Origin: Actinomycetes bacterium
Lineage (GTDB): Bacteria; Actinomycetota; Actinomycetes; S36-B12
Direction of reading: 5' to 3'
Assembly: GCA_024639145.1 (NCBI GenBank)
Contig: JAHEIZ010000008.1
Span: 11,754 to 75,753 of the forward strand
Length of the DNA stretch: 64,000 bases
Position 1 is the first letter of the stretch. Every line of letters begins with the position of its first letter. Shown piece after piece: positions 28,073 through 37,088 of the stretch. The notes beneath the pieces were generated by a model that saw only the letters and a list, made by a program, of their open reading frames with translations, searched no databases and had not been told where the DNA came from. The translations under genes and the position numbers were made by a program.

Positions 28073-29763
28073 TGGGTGCCTCCCGTGGTGACGGCAGCGT
28101 GCGCACCGGGTGCCGCTAGCTCCGGATGATGCAGGTCGAATGCCGGGCGCTCTGAGCGAATGCGCGGCAGGGAGATGAAGTTGTGGCGCGGCGGCGGGCA
28201 GCTCGTGGCCCACTCGAGGGAGGCGCCCCAGCCCCACGGGTCATCGCAGTTGACCATGGGCGCGGAGCGGGTGGTCTTGATGACATTCCAGATGAAGAAG
28301 ATCGTGGAAACGGCCAGGATGCCGGCACCCACGGTCGAGACGATGTTGTAGGCCTGGAAACCATCCTCCGGCAGGTAATCGCCGTAACGACGCGCCATGC
28401 CCTGAACGCCCAGCCAGTGCTGGATCAAGAAGGTCACCTGGAAGCCGACGAAGAGCAGCCAGAAGTGGATCTTGCCCAGGCGCTCATCAAGCATCTTGCC
28501 CGTCATCTTCGGCCACCAGAAGTACAGGCCCGCGAAGAACATGAACACCACAGTGCCGAACACCGTGTAGTGGAAGTGAGCCACGACGAAGTAGCTGTCG
28601 GAGACATGGAAGTCCAGCGGCGGTGCCGACAAGATGATGCCGGTCAGGCCACCGAAGAGGAATGTGACGAGGAAGCCCATAGTCCAGAGCATCGGGGTGT
28701 CGAAGGAGACAGAGCCCTTCCACATGGTGCCGATCCAGTTGAAGAACTTCACGCCGGTGGGCACCGCGATGAGCATCGTCATCAGGGCGAAGAACGGCAG
28801 GTACACCGAGCCGGTGACATACATGTGGTGAGCCCACACGGCAACCGAGAGTGCCGCGATAGCCATGGTCGCGAAGATCAGGCCCTTGTAGCCGAAGATG
28901 GGCTTACGCGAGAACACCGGGATGATCTCGCTCGCAATGCCGAAGAACGGCAGGGCGAGGATGTACACCTCGGGATGCCCGAAGAACCAGAAAAGGTGCT
29001 GCCAGAGGATGGCGCCGCCATTGGCCGGATCGAAGACGACGGCTCCGTAGTGACGGTCGATGAAGGCCACCACCAGGGCCGCGGCAAGAACCGGGAAGGC
29101 GATCAGCACGAGGATGCTGGTGACGAATGCCGTCCAGGTAAAGATCGGCATGCGGAACATGGTCATGCCGGGTGCACGCATGCAGAACACAGTGGTGATG
29201 AAGTTGACCGAGCCGAGAATGGTGCCGAGGCCGCCCATGGCCAGGCCCAGGAACCACAGGTCAGCACCTACCTGCGGGGAGTTGATGGCGTTGCTGAGTG
29301 GCTCGTAGGCGAACCAGCCGAATGAGGCTGCGCCACCGGGGGTGAAGAAGCCTGCGGCCACAACGATGCCGCCGAAGAGGAAGAGCCAGTAGCCGAGCAT
29401 GTTCAGACGCGGGAAGGCCACGTCAGGCGCGCCGATCTGCAGGGGCATGATCACGTTGGTGAAGCCGACGAACAGCGGGGTCGCGAAGAGGAACAGCATG
29501 ATCGTGCCGTGCATGGTGAACATCTGGTTGTACTGCTCAAGCGAGAGGAACTGCATGCCCGGGGCAGCGAGCTCCGCGCGAATCGCCAGTGCCATCGCAC
29601 CGGCGATGAAGAACCAGACGGTCGAGGTGACCAGGTACATGTAGCCGATGGTCTTGTGATCGGTCGAGGTGATCCAGGAGACCACTGCGGCACCGGGGGT
29701 GCGCTTCTTGACCGGCGCCTGCGTGGGCGCCGAGGTGGTGACAGGGTCGTTTAGAAGTGTCAC
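28069..29763 (-). CDS. ctaD: Cytochrome c oxidase subunit I
   Basis: 564 aa. Canonical heme-copper oxidase subunit I sequence ([15 protein letters not shown]...). GTGA overlap with ctaC. Confidence 0.95.
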   Translation of the reverse strand: MTLLNDPVTTSAPTQAPVKKRTPGAAVVSWITSTDHKTIGYMYLVTSTVWFFIAGAMALAIRAELAAPGMQFLSLEQYNQMFTMHGTIMLFLFATPLFVGFTNVIMPLQIGAPDVAFPRLNMLGYWLFLFGGIVVAAGFFTPGGAASFGWFAYEPLSNAINSPQVGADLWFLGLAMGGLGTILGSVNFITTVFCMRAPGMTMFRMPIFTWTAFVTSILVLIAFPVLAAALVVAFIDRHYGAVVFDPANGGAILWQHLFWFFGHPEVYILALPFFGIASEIIPVFSRKPIFGYKGLIFATMAIAALSVAVWAHHMYVTGSVYLPFFALMTMLIAVPTGVKFFNWIGTMWKGSVSFDTPMLWTMGFLVTFLFGGLTGIILSAPPLDFHVSDSYFVVAHFHYTVFGTVVFMFFAGLYFWWPKMTGKMLDERLGKIHFWLLFVGFQVTFLIQHWLGVQGMARRYGDYLPEDGFQAYNIVSTVGAGILAVSTIFFIWNVIKTTRSAPMVNCDDPWGWGASLEWATSCPPPRHNFISLPRIRSERPAFDLHHPELAAPGAHAAVTTGGTQ

Positions 29764-30611
29764 AGTGTCCGCTCCCCTGGGATGGCGCCGTCATTGTTGG
29801 TGCGATCGGTATCGAGTAGTCCGGTGTTGCCGCGAGCCTTGAGCGACGCGACATAAGCGTCGAACTCAGGCTTCTCGACGACCTTGACATTGAAGAGCAT
29901 TCCCGAGTGATACGTGCCGCAGAGCTCTGCGCACTTGCCGGCGAATGTGCCGAGCTTGTTGGGAGTGAGCTCGAAGACGTTGGTCTTGCCCGGGATGACG
30001 TCCATCTTGAAGAGGAAAGCCGGCACCCAGAAGGAGTGGATGACGTCAGGCGAGGTGAGCTCGAAGCGCACCTTCTCGTTCACCGGGAGAACGAGAGTCG
30101 GGATGTAGTCAGGAGAGCCCGACTCGAAGACGTCCTGGTCGATGTAGTTAAAGCCCCAACTCCACTTGAAGCCCACGACGTTGACGGTCAGTTGCTGATC
30201 GTTCTTAACGGTCAGCACCTCCGCCTGATCCTTGGCGGTGAACCAGAACAAGCCGAGGATCATGATGAGCGGCACGATCGTGTAGAGAACCTCGATCGGA
30301 ACGTTGTACTTGGTCTGCTCGGGAACTTCACTGTTCTTGCGACGGCGGTAGGCGAAGCAGGCCCACAGGATCAGGATCAAGGTGACGGCACCGACGGCCC
30401 ATGCGGCGATCCAGGAGCCCCGCCACAGGTTGGCCATGATCGGACCTTCGACCGTGGCAGGTTCAGGCTGATCGAAGAAGAAGGCTTCATTTGCGGTGCA
30501 GCCGGAGGCCACGAGGGCGATGGTGGTTGCCCCGAGCGCCAGGGCACCTGCGCGCACAGCGCGGCGCTTGCCGGACACGTCACCTCGGTGACGGGAATTA
30601 CTGAGGGCCAC
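29760..30611 (-). CDS. ctaC: Cytochrome c oxidase subunit II
   Basis: 283 aa. CuA site HSFWVP ... [12 protein letters not shown], with lipoprotein-like signal VASGC. Confidence 0.9.
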   Translation of the reverse strand: MALSNSRHRGDVSGKRRAVRAGALALGATTIALVASGCTANEAFFFDQPEPATVEGPIMANLWRGSWIAAWAVGAVTLILILWACFAYRRRKNSEVPEQTKYNVPIEVLYTIVPLIMILGLFWFTAKDQAEVLTVKNDQQLTVNVVGFKWSWGFNYIDQDVFESGSPDYIPTLVLPVNEKVRFELTSPDVIHSFWVPAFLFKMDVIPGKTNVFELTPNKLGTFAGKCAELCGTYHSGMLFNVKVVEKPEFDAYVASLKARGNTGLLDTDRTNNDGAIPGERTL

Positions 30612-30692
30612 GGATCGCCTTTCCCTTCTACGGACGTTCGGGAGACTAGCGCACCTCCCCTAAGGATGCGCTCCCGGGCCACGGGGAATTCG

Positions 30693-30710
30693 GGGCATGT
30701 CGGGCATGTC
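30693..30710. repeat. Perfect tandem 9-mer (gggcatgtc x2) in the ctaC / desulfurase-like divergent region
   Basis: gggcatgtc occurs at 30693-30701 and again at 30702-30710, ending 11 nt before the GTG start at 30722. Confidence 0.8.
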
Positions 30711-30721
30711 ACAGTTAGCGT

Positions 30722-31855
30722 GTGACCGTGAGCCCGACCGCCCTGCCCCATCCCCCGGAGGGGTACCTCGATGCCCTCGGCGGCTCACCATTGCTCCCCT
30801 CGGCCGCCCGTGCCCTGGCCGCAGCGGCGGAGACCGCTTGGGCTGACCCCGCCCGACTGCACCATCTCGGTCGGACGGCCGGGCTGGTGCTCGATGCCTC
30901 ACGCGAATCAATCGCCAGCTGGCTGGGAGTGCGCCCGGCCCAGGTGCACCTGGCCTCGAGCGTTCAGGCCGCCTTGCACTTCGGCCTGGACGGATTGCTG
31001 GCCTCACGTCCGCAGGGCGCTATCGCCCTCTCCGCGGTCGAATCCTTGAGCCTGCTCGAGGCGGCAGATGCCAGCGGCCGGGATGTGGAGATTCTGCCGG
31101 TCGACCCACAGGGCCGCCTTCTCCTTGACGCCGTGCCGGCTGAGCCCGACTGGGCGGTGGCCTGCCTGCAGGCGGCCAATGCGGAGGTGGGCACCGTGCA
31201 GCCGGTGGCGGAGCTCGCTGCACTTCTCTCGGGCTCGGGTACCCCGATTCTCATGGACGCCACCGGGTGCCTGGGTCGCATGTCGTTGCAGCCGGGCGCG
31301 AGTGCACTCGCCGGATCTGCCCGGGACTGGGGTGGGCCGGCAGGACTCGGCATCCTCGTGATCGGCGAGGCAGTGGCCTGGACTCCCCCTCGCGGCAGCC
31401 AGCGAGGCTGGCTCGGCGGATTCCCCAACATCCCGGCCGCCGCCGCGGCAGGGATCGCAGCCGAGACACTCGCCGCGGAGTGGCGAGCGGAAGCCGTGCG
31501 CGCTCACGCGGCCATCGCCCGCATCCGCGATTCGATCGCCGCCGGCATCCCCGAGGTCGAGATCGTCGGTGACCCCGTGGATCGACTGCCGCATGTGCTC
31601 ACCTTCTCGGCGCTCTACTGCTCCGGCGAGGCGCTCGTGTCCGAACTCGATCGCCGAGGGATCTCGGTGGCGAGCGGCTCCGCCTGCTCGAGCGACACCG
31701 AGCGCCCCAGCCATGTGCTCGCCGCGATGGGCGCACTGACTGGAGGAAACGTTCGCATCTCGCTGCCCTTCGGATTCACCGATGACACCGTCGACCGATT
31801 CCTGCGTGAAATTCCCGAGGTCGTGGCGAGCGTGCGTGCCGATGTCGGACTCTGA
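30722..31855 (+). CDS. Class V aminotransferase / cysteine desulfurase-like protein lacking the PLP-binding lysine
   Basis: 377 aa, collinear with IscS/NifS. It retains LMDAT (PLP Asp) and the persulfide loop ASGSACSS. It reads GSARDWGGPAGLG where IscS has SGHKIYGPKGIG. Confidence 0.75.
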   Translation: MTVSPTALPHPPEGYLDALGGSPLLPSAARALAAAAETAWADPARLHHLGRTAGLVLDASRESIASWLGVRPAQVHLASSVQAALHFGLDGLLASRPQGAIALSAVESLSLLEAADASGRDVEILPVDPQGRLLLDAVPAEPDWAVACLQAANAEVGTVQPVAELAALLSGSGTPILMDATGCLGRMSLQPGASALAGSARDWGGPAGLGILVIGEAVAWTPPRGSQRGWLGGFPNIPAAAAAGIAAETLAAEWRAEAVRAHAAIARIRDSIAAGIPEVEIVGDPVDRLPHVLTFSALYCSGEALVSELDRRGISVASGSACSSDTERPSHVLAAMGALTGGNVRISLPFGFTDDTVDRFLREIPEVVASVRADVGL

Positions 31856-32132
31856 GGTGAATTCTCCCGCCGCACGGGCGGACTCGGGCACGTCGTGGCC
31901 CCCCGCGGAGCTCTGGATCGATGAGCGTGGTCACCGATGCCCGGCGCCGGTGATCGCCCTCGGACGTGCTGCGCGAGCGGCTTCGGAGGAGACGCTCATC
32001 GTGGTTCTGGCCGATGACCCTGCAGCGGAGTTCGACATTCCCGCGTGGTGCCGGATGACCGGCAATGCGCTAGTCGACAGCCAGGCGAATCAACCGGGCA
32101 CCGCCTACCTGGTGCGCATCAACGCGCGCTGA
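31842..32132 (+). CDS. TusA/SirA-like sulfur-carrier protein
   Basis: Contains RGHRCPAPVIAL, matching the TusA CPxP motif. The start is ATG 31842 (14-nt overlap with the upstream gene) or GTG 31857. Confidence 0.65.
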   Translation: MSDSEVNSPAARADSGTSWPPAELWIDERGHRCPAPVIALGRAARAASEETLIVVLADDPAAEFDIPAWCRMTGNALVDSQANQPGTAYLVRINAR

Positions 32133-32787
32133 GCACGGGCGGCCTTTCCAGCGCACTCGCGAGCAAGTCGAGGTACGTATCTCGGCGTATCTCGATAGCG
32201 CCCATCGATACGAGGTGATCGGTAGCCCATTGCACGTCCAGCAATCGGGTGCCGCCGACTCCGAGCGCATCGACGAGGCCGACGAGGGCGGCCTTTGACG
32301 CATCACGCTCGAGGTGGAACATCGACTCACCGGCGAAGAGGCCCCCGATCTCGATGCCGTACAGCCCGCCGACGAGTCGACCATCGTGATCCCAGGCCTC
32401 GACCGAATGAGTCCAGCCCATCTCATGTAGTGCGCAGTAAGAGTCGATGAACTCCTCGGTGATCCAGCCGTGGTCACGCGGAGTCTCGGCGCAGGCGCGC
32501 ATGACGCCCGCGAAGTCACGATCGATCGTGATCTCGAATCGACGCATGGACGAACGCAGCGACTTCGACACGCGCAATGACCCGAGCGGAAGAATCCCGC
32601 GCGGATCCGGGCTCCACCAGCCGAGCAGCCCTTCGTCCAGGTGCATCGGGAAGAGCCCACGTCGATAGGCCTGCAGCAGAGTCGACGGTGACAGGTCTGC
32701 ACCGACGCACACGACGTCCTCGAAGGGCTCAGCCTCGCGCGGATCAGGCAAGTCCCAGACCGAGGGCCCGGGCTCGCGAGGCGACAT
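32119..32787 (-). CDS. aat: Leucyl/phenylalanyl-tRNA--protein transferase
   Basis: 222 aa. LLQAYRRGLFPM, GGLYG and GESMF motifs of L/F-transferase. Confidence 0.85.
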   Translation of the reverse strand: MSPREPGPSVWDLPDPREAEPFEDVVCVGADLSPSTLLQAYRRGLFPMHLDEGLLGWWSPDPRGILPLGSLRVSKSLRSSMRRFEITIDRDFAGVMRACAETPRDHGWITEEFIDSYCALHEMGWTHSVEAWDHDGRLVGGLYGIEIGGLFAGESMFHLERDASKAALVGLVDALGVGGTRLLDVQWATDHLVSMGAIEIRRDTYLDLLASALERPPVLSAR

Positions 32788-32790
32788 GAG

Positions 32791-33777
32791 CTACGGGCGC
32801 GGGCAGCTGATGTGTGCCGAGACCTCGGCCGCCGCGGCATCGCCGTAGGTCTTGGCCATGCGCTCGAGGAAGTGACGCTGAGCGAGCTCGTACTCCTGAG
32901 TACCGACGGTCTCGATCACGTACGTGGCCAGCAGCGCACCGGTCTGCGCGGCACGTTCGTCAGACAGACCCCACGACTTCGCTGACAAGAAGCCCGCACG
33001 GAAGGCGTCGCCGACGCCCGTGGGATCTGCCTTGCGCTCCTCTTCGGGAACCGACACGACGACAGGTGCCTCACCGCGGCGCTCGATGCGCGCACCCTCA
33101 GCGCCCAGAGTGGTAACGCGAGTCTCGACGATCGACGCGATGTCAGCGGCCGACCATCCGGTCTTCTGATGAATGAGGGCAGCCTCGTACTCATTGGTGA
33201 ACAGGTAGGTGGCGCCTTCGATGAGGGGCTTGATGTCGTCGCCCTCCATGTAGGCGAGCTGCTGCGACGGATCCGCCGCGAACGGGTAGCCGCGGAATCG
33301 GCATTCATCCGTGTGACGGGACATTGCACCCGGGTCGTTCGCGCCGATGAGCACCAGGTCGGCAGGCCCGACAACATCGACGATCGGCTTGAGCTCGATA
33401 TTTCGAGCCTCGCTCATCGCACCGGGATAGAACGACGCGATCTGGTTCTGCTCCTGATCGGTCGTGCAGATGAAGCGCGCCGTATGACGTGATTGCGACA
33501 CATGCACTCCGCGGGTGTCAACGCCATGACGGTTCAACCACGACTCGTAATCGGCGAAGTCAGGACCGACTGCTCCGACGAGAACGGGCTTGAGCCCGAG
33601 GCATCCCATGCCGAAGGCAATATTCGGCGCCACACCACCGCGACGCACGTCGAGCTCCTCGACAAGGAACGAGAGAGAGATTTTGTCGAGCTTGTCCGCG
33701 ACAATCGAGTCCGCGAACTTGCCCGGAAAGGTCATGAGGTGATCGGTCGCAACGGACCCAGTGATGAGGACGGCCAT
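32791..33777 (-). CDS. adoK: Adenosine kinase (PfkB family)
   Basis: Starts MAVLITGSVATDHLMTFPGKF... and is collinear with M. tuberculosis AdoK, including DPTGVGDAFRAGF. The 48 upstream codons of the track ORF are rejected. Confidence 0.85.
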   Translation of the reverse strand: MAVLITGSVATDHLMTFPGKFADSIVADKLDKISLSFLVEELDVRRGGVAPNIAFGMGCLGLKPVLVGAVGPDFADYESWLNRHGVDTRGVHVSQSRHTARFICTTDQEQNQIASFYPGAMSEARNIELKPIVDVVGPADLVLIGANDPGAMSRHTDECRFRGYPFAADPSQQLAYMEGDDIKPLIEGATYLFTNEYEAALIHQKTGWSAADIASIVETRVTTLGAEGARIERRGEAPVVVSVPEEERKADPTGVGDAFRAGFLSAKSWGLSDERAAQTGALLATYVIETVGTQEYELAQRHFLERMAKTYGDAAAAEVSAHISCPRP

Positions 33778-33817
33778 GGGCCAAGACCTTAGCGGTCGGT
33801 AAGCCATACTCACCCTC

Positions 33818-34222
33818 ATGAAGACACGACGCATCATCGCTGCAGCCGTTCTGTGCGCCGCGCCGCTCACGATCGCCGCATGCGGCAGCAGCGACTCAGC
33901 CGTGCCGAATCTCAAGGGCACCTGGAGCGGAACCTACGAGTACCCCACCCCCGGTAAGACGATCGAGAAGTCACCGCTCCGGATCGAGATCACCAAGCAG
34001 GAGGGCTCACTTCTCTGGGGAACCGAGAGCTGGACAAACAACGGTCAGTCGCAGACGGCAGATGTCCTCGGGTCACTCTCGAGTGACAACAGCTCGGTGA
34101 TCCTCTCCTCCGTAGGCGGATTCTTCTCCGGCAATGTCGGCGATAACTCGATGCGCCTTCGCTTCGTGCGCACCGAGGATCCGCCCACGGCCTTCGTCGT
34201 CACGGTCACCCGAGGCAACTAA
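33818..34222 (+). CDS. Hypothetical lipoprotein
   Basis: 134 aa. Signal peptide with lipobox LTIAAC. No recognisable catalytic motif. Confidence 0.55.
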   Translation: MKTRRIIAAAVLCAAPLTIAACGSSDSAVPNLKGTWSGTYEYPTPGKTIEKSPLRIEITKQEGSLLWGTESWTNNGQSQTADVLGSLSSDNSSVILSSVGGFFSGNVGDNSMRLRFVRTEDPPTAFVVTVTRGN

Positions 34223-34233
34223 ATCCCCCGAGC

Positions 34234-34272
34234 ATGCGAACGGCCCGCCGGAGTCCGGCGGGCCGTTCGCAT
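34234..34272. terminator. Bidirectional hairpin terminator between convergent lipoprotein and erpA genes
   Basis: atgcgaacggcccgccgg / ccggcgggccgttcgcat forms a perfect 18-bp stem with a 3-nt loop. Confidence 0.75.
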
Positions 34273-34282
34273 CAGTCGTGGA

Positions 34283-34648
34283 CTAGCTGAACGAATCACC
34301 GCATGCGCACGAGCCGCCTGCGTTGGGGTTGTCGATCGTGAAGCCCTGCTTCTCGATCGTGTCAACGAAGTCGACAGTTGCGCCATTGAGGTACGGGGCG
34401 CTCATGCGATCGGTGACGACGGAGACCCCGCCGAAGTCCTTCGACACATCACCATCGAGGCTGCGGTCGTCGAAGAAGAGCTGGTAGCGAAGACCTGAGC
34501 AGCCACCCGGCTGCACGGCAACGCGCAGGGCCAGGTCATCGCGACCCTCGGCCTCGAGCAGTGCCTTGACCTTGGAGGCCGCGGTCTCGGTGAGGACGAT
34601 GCCGTCAGCGGTGACGATCTCGACGGGCACAGCGGTTTCAGTCGACAT
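34283..34648 (-). CDS. erpA: Iron-sulfur cluster insertion protein (HesB/IscA/ErpA family)
   Basis: 121 aa. C-terminal GGSCACGDSFS with the conserved Cys triad. Confidence 0.9.
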   Translation of the reverse strand: MSTETAVPVEIVTADGIVLTETAASKVKALLEAEGRDDLALRVAVQPGGCSGLRYQLFFDDRSLDGDVSKDFGGVSVVTDRMSAPYLNGATVDFVDTIEKQGFTIDNPNAGGSCACGDSFS

Positions 34649-34780
34649 GTAGTGGCCTTTCAGGTGAGGTAAGCCTTAGTCGGAGTGTATGCCAGGTCCA
34701 ACGCCTGCGCCCAGCGGCGTATTCCCCGAGTCGGCACGCGGGTCGGAGCGCGGTTTCGCGCGATAGGCAAGAATGAGCCA

Positions 34781-35950
34781 GTGACCTCACAGGTGGACCC
34801 GCAGCCGACCCCCCTGGCACTGCTGCTGCTCGGACGCGGAGCCGATGCGTCCAGCGAGCTCGGCGTCGAGTGCCCCGGAGCCCTGCCACCCGCCTCCGAC
34901 CCCGATCTCGTCGAGCGAGCCGAACGAGCCAAGGCCGCCCTCGGAGATCGTGTCTACATTCTCGGTCACCACTACCAGCGCGACGAAGTCATCGCCTTCG
35001 CCGACGTGACCGGCGACTCCTTCAAGCTGGCCCAGCAGGCCGCCGCGCATCCCGAAGCCGAGTACATCGTCTTCTGCGGTGTGCACTTCATGGCCGAGAG
35101 CGCCGACATCCTCACCGGCGACGCGCAGGCCGTCATCCTTCCCGACCTCGCTGCCGGGTGCTCAATGGCCGACATGGCGGCCATTGAGCAGGTCGAGCAG
35201 TGCTGGCGTGATCTCGAGGCAGCCGGGGTCGCCGATGTCACGATCCCGATCACGTACATGAACTCCACCGCGGCCATCAAGGCCTTCACCGGTCGACATG
35301 GTGGCTCGATCTGCACCTCGAGCAACGCGAAGGTATCGCTGGAGTGGGCATTCGCACGTGGCGAGAAAGTGCTCTTCATGCCCGATCAGCACCTCGGGCG
35401 CAATACCGCGGTGCGCGATCTCGGCATGTCACTCGATGACTGCGTCGTCTATAACCCTCGTCGCCCGAACGGCGGCCTCACCGTCGAGCAACTTCGCGAT
35501 GCGCGCATGATCCTGTGGCTCGGCCATTGCTCCGTGCACGGTCGCTTCACCGCCGAGTGCGTCGACGAAGTGCGCGAGCGCGTGCCCGGGGTCAGCGTCA
35601 TCGTGCATCCCGAGTGCTCGTACGAGGTCGTCGAGAAGGCTGACTTCGTCGGCTCTACTGAGCGCATCATCGCGATGATCGATGCGGCCCCGGCGGGCAG
35701 CAAGTGGGCCGTCGGCACTGAACTCAATCTCGTCAAGCGCCTGGCCGTGCGTCACCCCGACAAGGAGATCGTCTACCTCGATCGCACGGTCTGCTTCTGC
35801 TCGACCATGAATCGCATCGATCTCCCGCACCTCGTCTGGACTCTCGAGAACCTCGTAGCAGGCACTGTCATCAACCGCATCGAGGTTGATGCCGACACCC
35901 AGGAGTGGGCCCGCATCGCCCTCGATCGCATGCTCTCCCTCACCGCCTAG
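34781..35950 (+). CDS. nadA: Quinolinate synthase
   Basis: ILGHHYQRDEV, FCGVHFMAESADIL and HPEC motifs. The start is set at GTG 34781 because the upstream 32 codons of the track ORF are Arg-rich and implausible. Confidence 0.85.
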   Translation: MTSQVDPQPTPLALLLLGRGADASSELGVECPGALPPASDPDLVERAERAKAALGDRVYILGHHYQRDEVIAFADVTGDSFKLAQQAAAHPEAEYIVFCGVHFMAESADILTGDAQAVILPDLAAGCSMADMAAIEQVEQCWRDLEAAGVADVTIPITYMNSTAAIKAFTGRHGGSICTSSNAKVSLEWAFARGEKVLFMPDQHLGRNTAVRDLGMSLDDCVVYNPRRPNGGLTVEQLRDARMILWLGHCSVHGRFTAECVDEVRERVPGVSVIVHPECSYEVVEKADFVGSTERIIAMIDAAPAGSKWAVGTELNLVKRLAVRHPDKEIVYLDRTVCFCSTMNRIDLPHLVWTLENLVAGTVINRIEVDADTQEWARIALDRMLSLTA

Positions 35951-35979
35951 TCTCCCCGACCGCCGACTAGGCTTCCCTC

Positions 35980-36585
35980 ATGTTCGGACGAGGCAAGAGC
36001 GATGAGTCGCCGGCACCTATCCCTGCGACCGAGGAAACTCACGCAGGCAGCAAGGGCCGACCCACCCCTTCGCGCAAGGACGCCCAGCGTGCGCGTAAGC
36101 AGTTCCTCAAGACCCCCAATGACCCCAAGGCCGCGAAGGCTGCCCAGCGCGAAGCCGATCGCACCGCGAAGCTACGCGCGCGCGAGGGCATGGCCGCCGG
36201 CGATGAGAAGTACCTGCCCGCGCGTGACCGCGGCCCGGCCAAGGCCTTCACCCGTGACTTCGTCGACGCACGCTTCACTCTCGCCGAGTACTTCATCTTC
36301 ATTGCGGTGGCCGTGCTGCTGCTCGGCTTCGTCAAGAACCAGGCACTGTCGACCTTCATCTCGACCGGCTTCTTCGCCATCACGGCGCTCATCGCCCTCG
36401 ACTCGATCATCTTGGTGATCCAGCTCAATAAGCGCGCGAAGGAAGCCTTCCCGAACGAAGCCGATCGCAAGGGCATCACGCTCTACGCGCTCCTGCGCAC
36501 GCTGCAGCTTCGCCGCCTTCGCCTGCCTCCGCCCCGCGTGCGTCGCGGCGGCAAGCCAGTACTGCCCAAGGGCTCGAAGAAGTAG
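35980..36585 (+). CDS. DUF3043-family membrane protein
   Basis: 201 aa. Lys/Arg-rich N-terminus (GRPTPSRKDAQRARK) followed by two TM helices. Positioned as Rv2206 is, upstream of cobT. Confidence 0.7.
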   Translation: MFGRGKSDESPAPIPATEETHAGSKGRPTPSRKDAQRARKQFLKTPNDPKAAKAAQREADRTAKLRAREGMAAGDEKYLPARDRGPAKAFTRDFVDARFTLAEYFIFIAVAVLLLGFVKNQALSTFISTGFFAITALIALDSIILVIQLNKRAKEAFPNEADRKGITLYALLRTLQLRRLRLPPPRVRRGGKPVLPKGSKK

Positions 36586-36792
36586 TTACTGAGGGGACAA
36601 GCCCATCGGGCCGTAAACGACCCGATCCCCCTCGAGAAGGCTCACCGAGTCAGCACCTGAGGTAATCAGGCTCGACCAGCTTTCGCCCATCCATGCCTCG
36701 GCGTCTGCCTGGGTCGGGAATTCGGTATGAGCCTCGGCAATATTCAGGTCGGTGCCATCGAGTGCGTGGCAGATCCAGGTGAAACCCATCAC
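36586..36792 (-). CDS. Small hypothetical protein
   Basis: 68 aa with coding-like third-position GC. Its stop abuts the DUF3043 stop. No motif recognised. Confidence 0.45.
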   Translation of the reverse strand: MMGFTWICHALDGTDLNIAEAHTEFPTQADAEAWMGESWSSLITSGADSVSLLEGDRVVYGPMGLSPQ

Positions 36793-36834
36793 TTCCTTCC
36801 GTCCTGTCCCCTGACAGGCCCCGGCCCACTGTAG

Positions 36835-37002
36835 GGTTCAGGAACAACTGAATCGACGTATTCGAGATCCAGGGGAAGTCCGGTGTGAATCCGGCGCTGT
36901 CCCGCAACCGTGATCCCTCACTGAGGGCGAGTCGGAGCACCTGGCGAGTACGAGCGGCTCTATCCGTCGAGGTAACGGGACGAGTCAGGTCATTCCTGAA
37001 TT
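36835..37002 (+). promoter_or_regulatory. Cobalamin (adenosylcobalamin-type) riboswitch aptamer
   Basis: Core AGGGGAAGUCCGGUGUGAAUCCGGCGCUGUCCCGCAACCGUGA (36871-36913) and B12 box GAGUCGGAGCACCUGGC (36929-36945). The P1 candidate pairs ttcaggaa (36837-36844) with ttcctgaa (36993-37000). Confidence 0.9.
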
Positions 37003-37003
37003 G

Positions 37004-37040
37004 TCCCTCCGTGCATTCGTGCCGGGGGGATTCTGCTTTT
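37004..37040 (+). terminator. Putative riboswitch expression-platform terminator
   Basis: tccctccg (37004-37011) pairs with ccgggggga (37022-37030), including one G-U pair and an inner gca/tgc stem. It is followed by ttctgctttt. Confidence 0.5.
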
Positions 37041-37088
37041 CAGGATTCCTGCATGTTCACGACCGCTCCATGAGAAACGCAGGAACAC

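Noticed and set aside
34649-34780. Possible NAD-related riboswitch or NrtR/NadR operator in the erpA-nadA divergent spacer
   Set aside because: I could not recognise any known motif or convincing palindrome. The apparent structure is no more than expected for GC-rich sequence.
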